This document shows positions 1-14,581 of a DNA stretch of 64,000 nucleotides, piece by piece. Made by a program: the position numbers and the translations under genes. The first letter of the stretch is position 1, and each line of letters begins with the position of its first letter. Location of the stretch: positions 7,492,470 through 7,556,469 of the forward strand of contig OZ316897.1 of assembly GCA_973895155.1 (NCBI GenBank). Reading direction: 5' to 3'. The notes below the pieces were generated by a model that did no database searches, was not told the DNA's origin, and worked only from the letters and a program-made list of their open reading frames with translations. This DNA is from Marsupella aquatica. Lineage: Eukaryota; Plantae; Marchantiophyta.

Positions 1-537
1 CAGCTCGATAATGATCTAAAGTCTCTCCGGAAACAGAACGCGACTTCTATTGAACCTCAAAGTGTGGCAGCAAGACACAGGAGGAGGAAGATAAGTGAGC
101 GTGTCAGGGTTTTAGAGAAGCTAATCCCTGGCGGGAACAAGATGGATACAGCTTCAATGTTAGACGAGTCTATCGAGTACGTTAAGTTTCTTCAGCTGCA
201 AGTGAAGCTTCTTGAAATGTTGGGCGACATGTCATATGGAAGTTCTGTAACGTCAACCCCGACGTCAACTCCCTCACTTTCCAATGAAAACATCGGACGC
301 GGAAAGGATGGACTTCACACGCTGAGGACAAGTAGTTTTGGGTCTCAGGTATCACAGAGTTGCAAGACAATGCAGCTAGTGAGGCCAGCTGCGAGTCCTT
401 TGATTATATCGGAGATCCTCCAGCAGCAGCTGTTCAAGCAGAAATTGTGCTTGGGGTCTCTTGGCCAGTGCCCTCCGACTGCTCGATCTCGACATCCGGG
501 ATCTACGCGGGGACCTACGTTTGATCGGGTTCATTGA
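1..537 (+). CDS. BNB: bHLH transcription factor, subfamily VIIIa (BONOBO-like); 5'-partial, frame is open from base 1
   Basis: Frame 1 reads [72 protein letters not shown], a group VIII bHLH (PQSVAAR...KMDTASML). KLIPGGNK and YVKFLQxQV favour VIIIa (BNB) over VIIIb (HEC/IND). The symbol is tentative. Confidence 0.85.
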   Translation, partial: QLDNDLKSLRKQNATSIEPQSVAARHRRRKISERVRVLEKLIPGGNKMDTASMLDESIEYVKFLQLQVKLLEMLGDMSYGSSVTSTPTSTPSLSNENIGRGKDGLHTLRTSSFGSQVSQSCKTMQLVRPAASPLIISEILQQQLFKQKLCLGSLGQCPPTARSRHPGSTRGPTFDRVH

Positions 538-1154
538 AGATTACAGCATAGGGTGATTTCTTGTGCCTGATGCATATGTTGGTTTGTCTGGCAGCAAGCA
601 CAAGGAGACGCAGCAAGCACTGCTTGGTATATATCTCTTCGTCTATGACGTCCGGCCACTCTATGCTCGACATCTGGGATTTGTAACCAATCGATTTTAG
701 CAAAAACATTTGGACTCAACGCCCTTTTCATCGCCGGGCATGTTAATTAATTGTGAATAGAAAACCGCTAACCTCGTAACGAAGCTGATGCGAGTATTAG
801 CAGCTCGTAATGATCAATCTCAGATCGGGCAGTATAGTTGTGCTCGAATCAACAAGCAATCTGGCTGCCCTTCAATTCGTCAACTTCGAGATATGTTCTT
901 TCACCGTGGGAGATTTTTATGCCTTTCATGTGAGTGTGGAGGACCGTCTGCAGCATAGTGTGAGAGAACAACACAATGTTACGGATGAGCTCTCGGCAAT
1001 GTTGCCGATCTGGATGATCGCTTGAGAAGTAAAGTATGTAAAAGTCCTTCTGAATCCTTGTGGCGCATGCTTACACCCCGAATCATCTTGGACGTAGCAG
1101 TCGAAATGCTGCTTCTATCTGTAGGTACGTATCCGGCGTGCCCTGCTGAAGTCC

Positions 1155-1242
1155 AGATTGCACCGACTCTCACCCAATTTCGAATAGCATGGCTGGAAAG
1201 ATTGCACCGACTCTCACCCAATTTCGAATAGCATGGCTGGAA
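1155..1242. repeat. 44-bp tandem duplication
   Basis: ATTGCACCGACTCTCACCCAATTTCGAATAGCATGGCTGGAA occurs at 1157 and 1201. Confidence 0.9.
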
Positions 1243-3227
1243 TTTAGATAGTGAAATAGTGTAACAACTTACTGAATATGAACCCTGAAAGTGAGAAGGT
1301 CTTCTCCAAGTCAAACCAGCGACTTCTCAAGTCGAACTTTTTATCTGTACATCATGTTTGTAACCTGTACTCGTGACAATCTTTTTCTAGATAGTCCAAT
1401 CTTTTTCCAGTTTGTCTTGAAGCAAAGTTGTCATGATTTATAAAATCATCGCACCATGTAGGGATGATTCATAATACAGACAAAATCTCGATATTTTTCC
1501 CCGTCCGTCTTTTTACCAAAGGGAACTCACCCGGGCTTTGTGCTTTTTGTGTCTGTTGTTTTGGGTTTGAATTGGGCCGACAACTACCCTGACACCTGCG
1601 CCCTGAGGTGTGCAGTCTTACCGAAAACCTTTTCGACTGGCACATAGCTTCGAACTTTCTTCATGATTACTATCCATCACTAGGAACATCGAGACACAAC
1701 TATGTCATCAGCGGATCACTACGTTTAGGGATGAAGGGATAAATTTCTACCCATCATATATAAATATCGACCGGGACGGAAACGAGGGGTTAGATGGTTC
1801 GATCGGAATCGTTTCAGTTAGTAGCTTGGCGGCTTCAATGGTGCCTTCCAAAGCCCACCTTTGCTGTCATTACACATGGATCTTATCTCTGAAATGCCGG
1901 AGAGCTTTCTACCTGTCCACATTTCAGCAGCCAGTTCAGAAGCCCGCTCCAAATTCCTCTAGACGAGGTGGGAACTACGGCTTTGCTGAGTACAACTGCG
2001 GTGCTTTCCAGCAATGGTTTGGCAACCGAACTCCACGGCATACATATATCACTACGAATTACGATGATGAATTCTTCTGGTGGGGGCCTGCCGTGACGCG
2101 TGCAAAACAGTGGAAACTGCGATGTTACTTATTAATAAAGAAACTAGTTGGAGTGGCTTTCGTGCTTTAAAACAGAACCGGTTGTGGAAATACAGGAGTG
2201 ATGTCTGGCTAAAATGTGAGCAGCTACAATCCCTCGTATCAGACATGCTACTTAATTCTGCGGTGAGGGAAACAAATAGTACTGTTCGCAGGCTCTAAAC
2301 TCAAATACCTGCCTTGGCCAGTTTGCGTGCAGGCTTTGGGTTTGACTACCTGCATTCTTCGTCCTTGGCTGTCTGAGGAAAGCATTGTCGTACGTAACTT
2401 GGGAATCAGCAAGGGATATTCGTACAGTGTTGTCAAGTACTTCGGAAGAGTCCTAAACTCATTGATTGAATACTATGTGACTATCCCTACACTGCTCATG
2501 ATTCGCGACGCCAGACATACCGTTGTGTACTAATGGAGAGGGGTACATTCCAGCACCTGCGCTCTTATAAAGAAAGTAAATGACGCAGTTCAGTCACTTT
2601 CGCTAGTGCACTGGGCCAACGGTTTTCCACCAGAATACTCCGTTTGAACTTTTCAGCATCATTGCTTATTAGCTGTGAGTACCGGCACTTGCAATAGACT
2701 ATAAAATGGTCACAGCAACCCTTCCAGCCACGTGATCTTTCGAACCTTGAAAAGAAATGGCTCAAAAAACTTACATTCTTCCAGAGCCAGACAACCACAG
2801 CGCATAATTGAGAAGTTTTCAAATTCACGGAGAAGAATTGGCATTCACCCAATTGACAGGTGAATGTTTTATTTTTGGGCCAGAAAGAAACTCCCAAGTT
2901 TTATTGCAGTGATTGCGCGCGCAGCGCACCAGGGAGACATCCACGTGTTTTAAACTGTTTCTCACTCCTACACTGCCATTGACTCTTCGTAATGTGAATT
3001 GAACGCCAGCGCCATAGGATAATTTCTTTGCAAGTCCCTCTAATTGCACATCAAATTTGACCGCCAGGATTATAACTCACCAAACAATATTCGGTTCTTC
3101 ATGATATCGACTGATATAGTTCTTATTAAATTGTCACATTTGGATCTCGGATAAAAGGTACCAACTAGGTACTCAGTACTTAGTTGCCCATGCCCCTTGC
3201 TCGTAGAGGCTCATTCTGAGTCTGCTG

Positions 3228-3443
3228 TACATAGCTCTCGACATAGCTGCCCACCGCCTGGCTCAATGTTTCCAGATTTGTCGAAGTATAACTAGGCCAT
3301 GAATGACTTTCACTTTTGAGTGGGATTAATGTCAAAAGTGAATTGCACCTCCAAGTTTAAACTGGAGACCTGACCTGCCCCATTGACATGCTCTACCATT
3401 TATCTTGGGCGGGATCTTGGGGCCACCAACGACTACACCAACT
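3228..3443. repeat. ~210-bp dispersed direct repeat, copy 1 (copy 2 at ~5697-5902)
   Basis: CATAGCTGCCCAC...GTCGAAGTATAACTAGGCCATGAATGACTTTCAC...CTGGAGACCTGACCTGCCCCATTGACATGCTCTACC is nearly identical in both places. Confidence 0.85.
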
Positions 3444-5334
3444 TGTTTTTTGTTTTTTAATACACGCAAGGAAGCGCAAGATGAATTTCAAAGAGCCCCG
3501 CGGCAAAAACCAGCGAGGAAGAGAAAAACAAGCCCAAGGGGACGCAGCAAACACAACACCCAAAGGCAGAGCCACCACACGCAGCAGCAGGGCAGCACCG
3601 CAAACTTACAGGCCACAGGGAAAACAGGCCTCAAGGCAAAAATAGCATACCAAGACGCAAATGGGTTAGAATCAACCACTGTCGCTCCGGTAGACAGTGA
3701 GACCAAATGCGAAACCAAAAGGTCAGATACAAAGTCCTACAATACCAGATGTTGTGGTGCCAATCACTCTCAAAACAAACTAAATCAGAAAACTCTAAAG
3801 CCATGGTGTCCAGGGCAGCATAGAGCCAAGAAGTCAAAATCTCATACCCCCTACTATAGATGCTCCAATAGTGCTTTGCATACCAGAGTCCAAGTGTGCC
3901 ATGGTATCTATGCTTCTGAGGGCAGAAGAAATGATGAGGACCTAAAGTAATACAATTCTCATTCATTGGGGCTTATAGCATGAGGTGTGTGACTTCTGCT
4001 CGCAGATTGATTGATCATGATAGCAAGTTCAATAAGAGTTATGTGTAGTCTTCGTGCCTTGGTGACATTTTTGGTGTGTTGCAGTGTAGCATGACCATTC
4101 ACAATGGCCCCATGAAGAATGAGTTGAAGTGGGAACCGGGTGACATTAGTCTAATAGATGAGTTGACGTCGTTCAATCCAAATGTTGTGTATCATCTGGT
4201 GGATAGTGAGCAGGAATCCTGGATTTCTCTTTTGTGATCGAACCTCGGGGGCCTCAATCGAAGGGGTGTTAGTCTCATGTCACGCGTGAAGTTTTGGGGG
4301 GAATAAACACCCTAAAACTTAAGTCAATAAAAAAAAATTAGTAATTTGTTTGCCTCTAATTTAATGGAATATTCTAAGAATATTCCCATTTTTTATTTTA
4401 GAAAACCCTACTATTCTTATAATTCTCAAAATTAGATTAAAATAACCCTAATGTTCTTCAACAAAAGTTTTAAAATATTTCACTAAACCCAATTAAAAAA
4501 CCCAATATACTTATTCGCCCGTCATGGGTCCAGTAAGAACCATCTCCTGTTGAGTGTCTTTGTTGTCCGGGTGACCGTGTTTTTTGGTAAGAGCATGTTG
4601 GCTCTTATGAAGTTAACCTTAACAAGGGTAGTAGGTATTAAAAAAGGATCAGGTGAAATTAATATATTGTTAAACCTTACTTCACCATACTTGCGGACCA
4701 ACACATCACGAAAATTAGTTTTTTTATGACATATGATCATAATATCTCTAAGAGAAAATGAAACAAGAATATCATCTGGACTCCTATTCAGATCCATGAT
4801 TTTAATAAAGGACAAAGATAATGTACTCTCACTCCTCTCGGTACGACACTACTGGGTAACTATATTATTGGCTCGTTAGAAACCATAACAGCAATTGCAA
4901 ACTGAGCTCCAAAATGATAAGTTAGATGTTGCCTCATGGATGGTTTGTTTAAAAGATGAACTCTAATCAAAAACGAATTACAAATGGAAAGATCAGGAAT
5001 AACTCTCTTTCCTGGATTCATGATGGTTTTTTTATTCTTTTGCTATCCGGGCCAAAGGACGCCCCACCCCTAAATTCCAAAAGAAATCTTATTCCCTAAG
5101 GTCTCATCTATAAGTCTACCACTCATTCCTTTGCTATTCGGGCCAAAAGACGCCCCACTACTATATTTAAGGCACAAAGAGCTTCACAACCTTGAATGAT
5201 AAACACTGCAGAATGAGGGGAGAGTGTCTCTCACCACTTTATTTATAGTGCTCACCAAGAGGGCATGGATTAAGCCCAAGCACTTGGATGAAGGCCAAGT
5301 GGCAAGTATCAAATACCTAAGAGTGTGTTAGTAC

Positions 5335-5535
5335 TATTCATAGTTGATGAAACTACTTTTAGTAGGTGGAAATACCGTGTGTTGATGGAACTACTATGCG
5401 TTGGTGGAACTATGGTGCGTTGGTAGAATTACTGTAGTTGGTAGAACTACTATGCGTAAGTGGAACTACTGTGTGTTAATGGATTTATTGTAATTGGTGA
5501 AATTATTCATATGCATTGGTGGAACTATTGTAGTC
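5335..5535. repeat. degenerate ~20-bp minisatellite (GTTGGTGGAACTACT...)
   Basis: About 10 imperfect units such as gttgatggaactactatgc, gttggtggaactatgg and gttggtagaactactatgc. Confidence 0.7.
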
Positions 5536-5696
5536 CGTACACTATAGCTAAAGAAGTTATTAAAGTCTAAATCTAATAATCTAACTATTAAACTACTTAT
5601 ATAATCTATAACATATTAAAACAAATAATTTTTCATATATTAAGAAAAAATCACGATACCGTTGGAGTGGTGTGTTGTTGTAGCATCAAAGCCCTA

Positions 5697-5902
5697 TACA
5701 TAGCTTTTAACATAGCTGCCCACCCCTTGGCTCAATGTTTTCAGATTTGTCGAAGTATAACTAGGCCATGAATGACTTTCACTTTAGAGTGGGATTAATG
5801 TCAAAAGTGAATTGCACCACCAAGTTCAAACTGGAGACCTGACCTGCCCCATTGACATGCTCTACCATTTATTTTGGGACCACCAATGACTACACCAACT
5901 TG
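5697..5902. repeat. ~205-bp dispersed direct repeat, copy 2
   Basis: Matches 3228-3443. Confidence 0.85.
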
Positions 5903-8900
5903 TGACTGATATATATTTAATCTAATACCAGGGTCAGACACAAGCTGGCAGCGACATACAGGTTGTCTTTTGTTCTTAGTCTTTATCTTGGACGGGCCCT
6001 ATGCTCGTGCATTGCACGGCGCAAGGAGGGCCGGCCCATAGGGAGTCAGGCCAGGGCATTTATGGGGCAGGGCGAGAAGCACATATGCGCCAGGGGTGCC
6101 CATTTCCTCCATCAATGGTCAGGGAAAACAGTCAAAGAAATCCAACGGCTGTGGATCTTTCCTGCCCAGGAGCTGGTTTGTATTGGGACAAAGGACATAA
6201 AAAAGTGGGTTCCCTTATTATAGTTGTAGATAGTTCTCAAGAGAATCTTGAGCGGACTCAAAATATTCCAGAGTTTAACCTCTTTTCTATTGGGTACCTT
6301 TTCGTTTAATTGAAGAAGAAAGCCAAGACCAAAGATCAAACCCGTCACAACCATGGACAAATTCTTCAGTTGTTGTAGGGCTTCTAGTCAAATTCCTCCT
6401 CCTGACCCTCTAATGTGGTTTACACGCAACTCTTGACTTTCATGTGCCAAAAACATTGAAGGCAAAAATGACCTGCACACCCATTTCACATTCCTAGAAA
6501 AACCACATTTTCAGATCACTGAAAACAGGGGGAATGGGGTGAATGTGGGGGGATTTACTGCATGTCTCAGTTTGAATCTCACTCAGGTTTCCCTCGAGAT
6601 GCCTATGCCAGAAAAATACAATCCCACATAACATTAACTGTATCCTGTTGCACCGCAACCATGACTACAAACTACTCAAAAACTAACCACAGTCAATCCA
6701 AAAGTATAGATAGAAGTGTGTCGGGAAAAAAATTACCTTCATTTTTCTTGTTTGGGATTCTCCTACTCGTGACAGATCTCAAAAACACCGATGAGTATTT
6801 CCCTACAATTAATGCACTCAACAAAGTGATATTTAGTCTAGCTAGGACAACACTGAAGACTTGCGGAAAAAGTCAAAGTTTGGTCATGTAAGATTTTTTT
6901 CCTTACATGAAGCAAGGTTAATTATTGTTGGCAATGTCACTACAATTCACTGATGATCTTGAAATGTGCAATTTGAATTAGTTTGAGAGGATAATTGTAA
7001 TTGTTAGCGAGAGATCTAACCAAAAAATTATAATTAACAATTTTTCTTTTTTTTCCTTTTTTCTCACATCATTCCTTGGCTCAACTGAATTGAGATTCCA
7101 GAGAATAAAAAACACGGTTTGCATTCTTGAATAATGAAAAATACAAAATGGGAGATTTCAGTAGGAATTTCCAGAGAGCAATCACAATGATGAAGCAATC
7201 ATTGAGAGCTTGGAACCTGTTGGTGGGGAAGATGTTGGTGTTACCGAGCCCACACCAAACAGGGAACCCTTGTTACAGGAGCGAGAAGAGAATGATCTGA
7301 AGAGGGAAGGCAAGTAGAACGTTCCTAACCAGCCACCTGGTCTGGTGAAGGACTAGCTGACCTCGACAATCATGGGGATAAGATACAAAAGGGTTTCGAA
7401 TTTTGGACATCTTAAGTAAGTTATAAAATTGAGAGGTGCTCAACAAATTATTAATGCCAAACAATGTCAATGAGATATGTAAATTCTGTCATGACAAGTG
7501 CAAGACTAGAAATGTCACATTTGAAGTTCTTGTCACGCTAAGTCCTCGGTTGCCTCGTAAATGTGACCAACTCCAGAATTTTTTTTTGATTCTGGATTGG
7601 AAATTCCAGCTCAAGACTTCGGAATAATTTTTCCACAGTGTGAACATCTCTAGTCACGATTGTCAGTTGTGAAAGGATTACCCAATGCAAGTTTTTTTTA
7701 ATATAGGTGCACCATAGGGACAAGGATAGGGGTAGAGATAGGAGAGCTACTCTAGTGAGTAGAGCGCTAATGTGGGCTCCAACAACACTCTAGTGATACC
7801 TGTGAGGCAACCGCAATGGCATTAAACCGCCACTAGCCATATAAAAGGGGAAATGTCCAAGACTTCTCCTTTTTCCACTTTCTTCTCATTCTTTTCCTCT
7901 CTCTTATTGCTCCACAAATTCAAGAAAAAATACTATTTATGGTGAAACTGAATTTAATGGAAAAGATACTATTTATGATGTAACCAGGTTTTTGTCATGA
8001 CTAATGTTGATTTATTGGAATCACAAGTCTGTTGTGTGATCAAGAGCATACCAATCCACCCACACTACTTTCTTATAGCATCTCCCGATGCTATGGGCTT
8101 TTGTTTTGCTTACTGGGTACATAAACTTAGTCAGCTGTTCAATAATCTCTTCTGTATATACAGATCCAATACTAACCAAAAACGTCATTCCCGAGAACCT
8201 GATAGTGATGCAATGAGTGGGTTACATGGAGTTGGCTTTTTGCATTTTCTTGACCGAGTTTGGTCAAAGAGTAACCAAAACCGAATATGGTTGGAGATGT
8301 TCATATCCACCAGAAGCCTGGGATGACCCAATCCTCAATCAAGGTTACTCATAATTGATTTCTAATGAGAGCTATCTTCGAGAGTTTCTCGGAAGTGAGG
8401 GTTCATGTGAAACAGAAAGGAGTCAATTATCATTGGTTCCACAATGCCAGGTCCGACTGTAGGTCTTGCAGAACATTCTAAAACTGGAGACCTACTGGGT
8501 GGACTGGAAAACAGTTGGAGGGGCCACCAGGCCATCGAATTCCCAAAATAATTGCTGAAGTGATCAGATCTCCAGGTGTGCGTGAGCATCCTAGGATTTC
8601 GTGTAAGCTGCATCATTCTAGTGCTTGACTGCTTTAACTTATTGAAAATTTTCGTGTACTATCAGGTACTGTACAGAAACAACTAACCAGTAAGAAATGG
8701 TACCCTTTTGGGTTCTCCTTTTGCTCAGTCCGTTGTCGGCGGATATAACCAAACAACTTGGAGAAGAGAAGGCCCTGTCCATACGAAGCAGTTGAGCAAT
8801 CCTTCCAAAAAAGGGCAGACTGTGTTGTATTCAATGCTGGTGTGCTTATAGTTACGGGTCCAGTTAGAGATTTATGTAAATTTGAAAATTTTGTCAAAAT

Positions 8901-8924
8901 TCTATGTCACCCTGTAAATATCTA

Positions 8925-9145
8925 GCCATTAGATGATTTGAATCCAATCATCTACATTCATTTTGTGTATGAAGACTAGTGTAGCCTCTCAACTGAAAAT
9001 GAGTTTTATTATCATTAGATGTTATGAATCTAACCATCCAGATTCATTTTGTGTGTGAATATTCATGTGGTCTTTTAGACCAAAAAGAACTTTTACACCA
9101 TTAGATGTTTTGAATCCAATGATCTATGTTATTTTTGTGTGTGAA
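8925..9145. repeat. degenerate ~86-bp tandem repeat (~2.5-3 units)
   Basis: CATTAGATG.T.TGAATC.AA...TC.A..TT.ATTTTGTGT recurs at about 8927, 9013 and 9098. Confidence 0.6.
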
Positions 9146-12100
9146 ACCTCATATGAAGAGTAATGCCACTTCTTGACATAAATAACTCTATTAAATTAAA
9201 CCTACCCATGCTTGGATGTTGACATAATTAGATTATGCCCTTTATTTTCTCTTTTGGCTTCTAATTGATCCATGAAATAGTCTAAAGCTTGTGTAATATA
9301 CGGCACTTCGAAAAGGGAGTTTGCTACCCTGCTGTTTATTTTTCTATTTCTCTTTCCTTCGATATCATTGTGCTTTGTTTGGTACTTTTTTGAAAAGAAT
9401 CGTAGAGTGTACTGTTATATAAAGACTAACAAAATCTTCTACAACCGGAAATTTTCTTCCAAGATTTATCAGGAATACTTTTCTAATAAAAAAGACACTG
9501 CACCAAGACCTCAATACAAGTATAAAATTGAAAAGGCAAGGATAATAATATATAGTACCTCTTGTATTCCATGCACTAGAGGGAAGGGGCCAAGATCAAG
9601 CATCCCCGTTCCCATTTTCCAGTCCATGTGTCTCCCCCCTCCCTTTTCTCCTTGATCCCCAACCTCCCCGTTCCCCACAGTTATGTTGGGCCTCCCCTTC
9701 TCCATTTTGCTTCCCAGTCTTTCTTTGCCATGGTAGATGTCCAATTTTGTACTATGACCATTGTAGAAAACCATCAATGGGACTGTTTGTCATTGTTTGT
9801 GGGTGCAAAAGTCTCATCATTTTGGCTAAGTTGTTGTTGCCAAAATGTTCACTGAATTTGCTTCGTTTCCTTTCCAGTAATCTTCTTAAATAGGTGATTT
9901 TGTTCTAGCTCGGCCCTTGAGATCACAGCTTGGATCACATTATACAGCCCAGGTGCACCAGTGAAGACTACCTCTTGCCTTTACCCAATTTTGAACACGT
10001 CTGAGCTAGTTGTTTTGGTACTCCTTTGGTATTTCCGATAGTGAGTTACTAGGGTTGCTATGCTTTGCATTTTTATTGTCAAATTAAAGGTGCTTTCCAG
10101 CTCTGCTTCTTTGTAGTCAAATTTTATTGTCAAAAATAAAATGTTTTTTCCTGCTCTCCTTCTTAGTCCCTGGCAAGAAAAACTCGGTCTCTCATGAAAG
10201 ACTACATTGATTGGAAAAATCTCAACAAAAAAATCATCTCAGTTTGCCGATGCACCTTGGCAAAAGCCCTTTTTGGTTTGCTGGCGTTTCCTTTTGCAGC
10301 TTCAGTACATGTGTCTTATGTTTCTCACCCGCATACTATTTGTTGCCTCTTCTATACTTCATTTATACTACCATACTACTCGGTGTTCTTTCTGAGAAGT
10401 AAGTGCATTTTCTTTTCAAAGGGTCACATCGTTGATTACTCCTTGTATTATACTCGCTTTTAACTGCTCCTGCCTATATTTTCACACTTCCTTTGTGACC
10501 TGTTTCCACGTTCGTACTCTGCTATTGTAGATGTTTTGGAAGCATTCGCTACTTCTACTTAAAGTAATTATCTATCAGTCTGACTGGTCCCTTGCCCTTT
10601 TGCTGTACTAGCGATAATTTTCAAGAAAAATAGATTTCTAGACCAAATCAAAATAAATTCACCAAGAAAAGTGAGATAGTCTATACACATCACTCATGTA
10701 TCTATAGTTTCATTTGCTTTCCTCTCTCTTGCAACCACAGCTGCCATTATAAGAGGGGTCCTGCACTTACCAGTCTTTATTTATTTGTCTAGGTGAACAA
10801 TAACCTACCTTGAAGGCTCTCCCACTCACTTCCCAGCATAAGCACTTGGTACCCTAAAATATTCTTTTTAAGCTAGGTCATATCTACATTACACAAAAAA
10901 TTGGATCATATCTTTGCCTGAACTTTAGTTCAATATTGTGATGGGCCTGATAATGGCCCAAGAATGTATTGTCAAAATAGCATCAACCCTGGAAAGTTAG
11001 CTCAATGGTTTATTGTAGACAGACCTACACGTTAATTATAGAGCATTTGTCATATATAAATAATTGGGTGGTCTTAATTGCCTTCTTGTCTCCGGAATTA
11101 AAACACTATTTAGTTTGTGTTGTATAGGGTCATTTTTTAGCCTCTTCATGCACTCTATCTTGCTTATCAAAATAGAATAAAAATGTGTTGAGAGAAAACT
11201 TTTAATTGAAAAGCAGATGTCTATATGATGAACAAACCACCTTACAAGGCTTCAACTTTGTTCATAATTCTGGCGATAACATGGAAAATAACAAACCTCG
11301 AACCTGACAAGTACGAAAAATAATTTTCCAGCGTGGACAGTCTAGTACGGAATACCAAATGTTGCACATTGTTTTTCTTAGTAAAACACTCATATTTTAC
11401 AAAATATATAAGATAAAGGGTATTGTATTTTATTTAAATTGTGAAATCATACAAGTTCCAAGAAAAAAAATCACTCTCCTTTGTTAAAAAAGGGGAGATA
11501 TTTAGGGACTATGAATAATAGGTTGGACAAAACAATTTCATAGGGTTCAATGGTGGGTAATAAAAGTTTGTTTTTTTAGATTTAGGCTTGAAAATTTTGT
11601 AAAAATGTTGGACATATTATGTTTTGGAAGTGCGGATCACTTTTATGGAAGAAGTGAAGATGGCAAGGAACATCAAGGAGAATTATAGGGTGACTTTTAA
11701 TTCAAAACAAAAGGTTTAAAAGAGTGACATCAAAAACAAATTAACAATATACAATGATGTATGAATATTTTACTTTCCAACAAAAAATTTGCACAAAAAA
11801 ATATTTATGCAACCTCAAAAATAAGAGTATGTGACCGCAGAACCACAAATAAATTAAAGTTTTGACCAGTGCACCAAATAAAAAATTCCACCGCCATACA
11901 AACAAAAAAAACTCGCACTAAAAAAAAACCCGCCCCATCAAAAAATATGTGCATGTGAACCTATAAATTTTGGGATGATAATTTTATTCAATGTGTTTTA
12001 TTTCTACGCGCCAAAAAAAAACCACCCACCCTAACATTCAGGGACCAATGGGGAGATAGCCAATGATTACATTTAACTATGGTTACATGACATGGATTTC

Positions 12101-14581
12101 ACTAGACATTGTATTGTATAGTATTGTATACATTGTACCTCTTTGCTATAATGGAATCAATGCATTATTTCTCCAACATGTTGTGGTTATTTGGTGAAAG
12201 AATACCAAGCCTACTTACTTGCTTGGCCAATTATTTGTGTTACTTCAACTTATTGGCATGAATATTGCATATTACCAGTGAAGAAATAAGTGATAGAGGT
12301 TACAATTGCTTAGTGACATGAGAGGGACTAATTGGATGTAGAGACTACCAATGGAGAGACTTCACCAAAATGAACCAGTGATGAAGTATCTCAAGATTTT
12401 GCTAGGAAGTAGACTCTATAGTTGCCAATTTGAGAGGTCAGAGCCCATTTGGGGAGTTGCTTAATGTAAAGCCCCCACAAATACGTGAGAATAAACAATT
12501 ATTCTACAAACAAAATGTATCAATTAAATTAAAAACCATTTGCATCTTTTTTATACAAATTTGAAAAAAAATGAGTACCTTGCTAATTCATAATTTTGTC
12601 AAAATTAGATTAGTAAATATCTTTGGTACAGTCAAGTCTTTGGTTATAATTAGTAGCCCAACTATATTTAAAAGATTAGCCTTCTCTTTTTGCATCACAT
12701 TCTAATAATCTAACTTGCCAATGATTCCCTAGGGTAGAGTCCAAAACATCTTTGAATCTACTCCTACTTGGCCTAGCTACTAATGTTCATATATAGAAGA
12801 CGAGGAACAATGTGAGTGAAGGTGATATTAATTGGCAGATGAAAGTAGTAGTGGATTTCATTCATCTGCACCTAGTACTGAGAGGTGCCCCCCCCCCCCC
12901 CCCCCCCCCGGTTTCCCCAATCCTACTATGGTACCAATTAAGAGAGGATAAACTTGAAACTGAAAGACATGAAGAACTGAATTTGCAGACCTTAAGTGTT
13001 GATCAAACCCGTTCTACAATCTACCATTGCAATAAGGAAATGAAGATGAGAAGATTCAACTCATACCTGCTCATATGTCCTTGGAGCTCTTAAGTATCCG
13101 GAATGGGACGAGTTCTTAATTGGCTCACAAGAATAACCAATAAACTATGGTGAGCATGTTGTAGATTGATTAACCATAATTTCTTACATTATGAACTTGA
13201 GGGCATTACTTCTTGCTTTGGAGTATCTCAAAGCCATTTTTGCAACTATCATAGCTCTTGAGCCATAACAACATCACTACCCTTTAACCCTACTTTCATT
13301 GACACAAGAACCCATACTTAGAGGGTCTTTTGCTATAATTGATGATGAATTATTATTTGTTGCACCTATGATCTATAAAATGACAAAGTTCAGAAGCAAT
13401 CAAGGCCTAACTTGAGTATGAAATCTCCTACTTGATTTGGATGCTGCTGTTGGAACGTAGACTAATTTACTTTCCTCAGTGCAAGCTATAACTCTAGTTC
13501 ATATTCCTTTGTTAGATGTGTCTTCTAAGAAGAAAGATGCAAATAGGATTACGACAAAGATACAAGAGGAAATAATGGAGGTTATGGGGGGGGACCGCAA
13601 ACCTAGTCAAACCATTTTCAGAAGAGCAATTGTTTCTATCTTCCATTGCAGTGTGCTACAATTTGGTAGACATTGTAAATAAAGTTGTACAAATTAAAGG
13701 CTTAATCTACTATGGTTGCCTCATCATCTCACCTAGCTTATTGCATGACTGTGGGCATATTGTTAAGAACTCCCATCGTACGAATCATACAAATACCTTG
13801 TAACAAAAATTTGAGCCATTTTATTATGATTTACCTTCTTAGTGTTTGGTTCACAGCCTTTTCAAAAATTTCTAGGTTGCTCCACCTTTTTTGAGGGGCA
13901 GCTCCTTCCTTTCACTTTCATAAACCATTCATGTTGTAAATTAAAATTGTGTCCTATATAGCCCTTGTTTTTCTCATATATTGGACAGCATGGCTGTAGT
14001 ACTGGCAGCTAAAAATTAATAATAAAGGTGTTTCATGCAACGGTGCTCCATATGGAAAACTTGGGGTCCAACAACTTAGCACGTATGGATGAATAGTTTA
14101 ATTTGCAAAATAACCTCAAATAGTCGATGTTTACACTAGGTCTTTTTGATGCACAAATTAAAAGAGCCCATTGTCCACCCTCCTCTGCTCTACTCTACTT
14201 TTAATTTTTCGGCCAAATTCAAAGCCTTGTTGCTCGGATGATTCTCTTGCGACTACTGTATGTTGAAGGTGAGCCCCAACAAGCTCTTCTTGATAATATC
14301 CTCTTGTCCAGCTAAGATCATCAGTACATTGTCAAATAACAAAAATAATTGCAATAGTCCTGATCACTATATAGAGAACTAACTTTTAACGTCTGATAGC
14401 AAGTTGGTCCACCTCCATGCCAAGGTGCTAACTAAGCCATGCAGAGGTGGCACTCCACAACTATTGCTCACAAAAAGGCCTCTACTTAGACAAATTTAGT
14501 GACTCTTGCATTTAGAGGGTTAAGATATGCATACTCAATGATTTGAGAAAGAGCGTTAACAAAATGCAGATTCAGGGCAAC

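Noticed and set aside
3444-4240. Possible 5'-truncated LINE on the minus strand (T-rich run at 3444 where the direct repeat breaks) and ORF 3405-3950
   Set aside because: No RT or endonuclease motif and no TSD found; the ORF is low-complexity.
3228-5902. The two ~210-bp repeats as LTRs of a retroelement
   Set aside because: No TG...CA ends, PBS, PPT or gag/pol between them.
810-12800. Numerous short ORFs of 60-115 aa
   Set aside because: No recognisable domains; consistent with chance ORFs in intergenic DNA.
12887-12909. Poly-C run giving a poly-Pro ORF (12812-13093)
   Set aside because: Simple homopolymer; the ORF has no other coding signal.
13100-14500. Degraded coding-like TE remnant on the minus strand
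   Set aside because: Too decayed to assign by eye.
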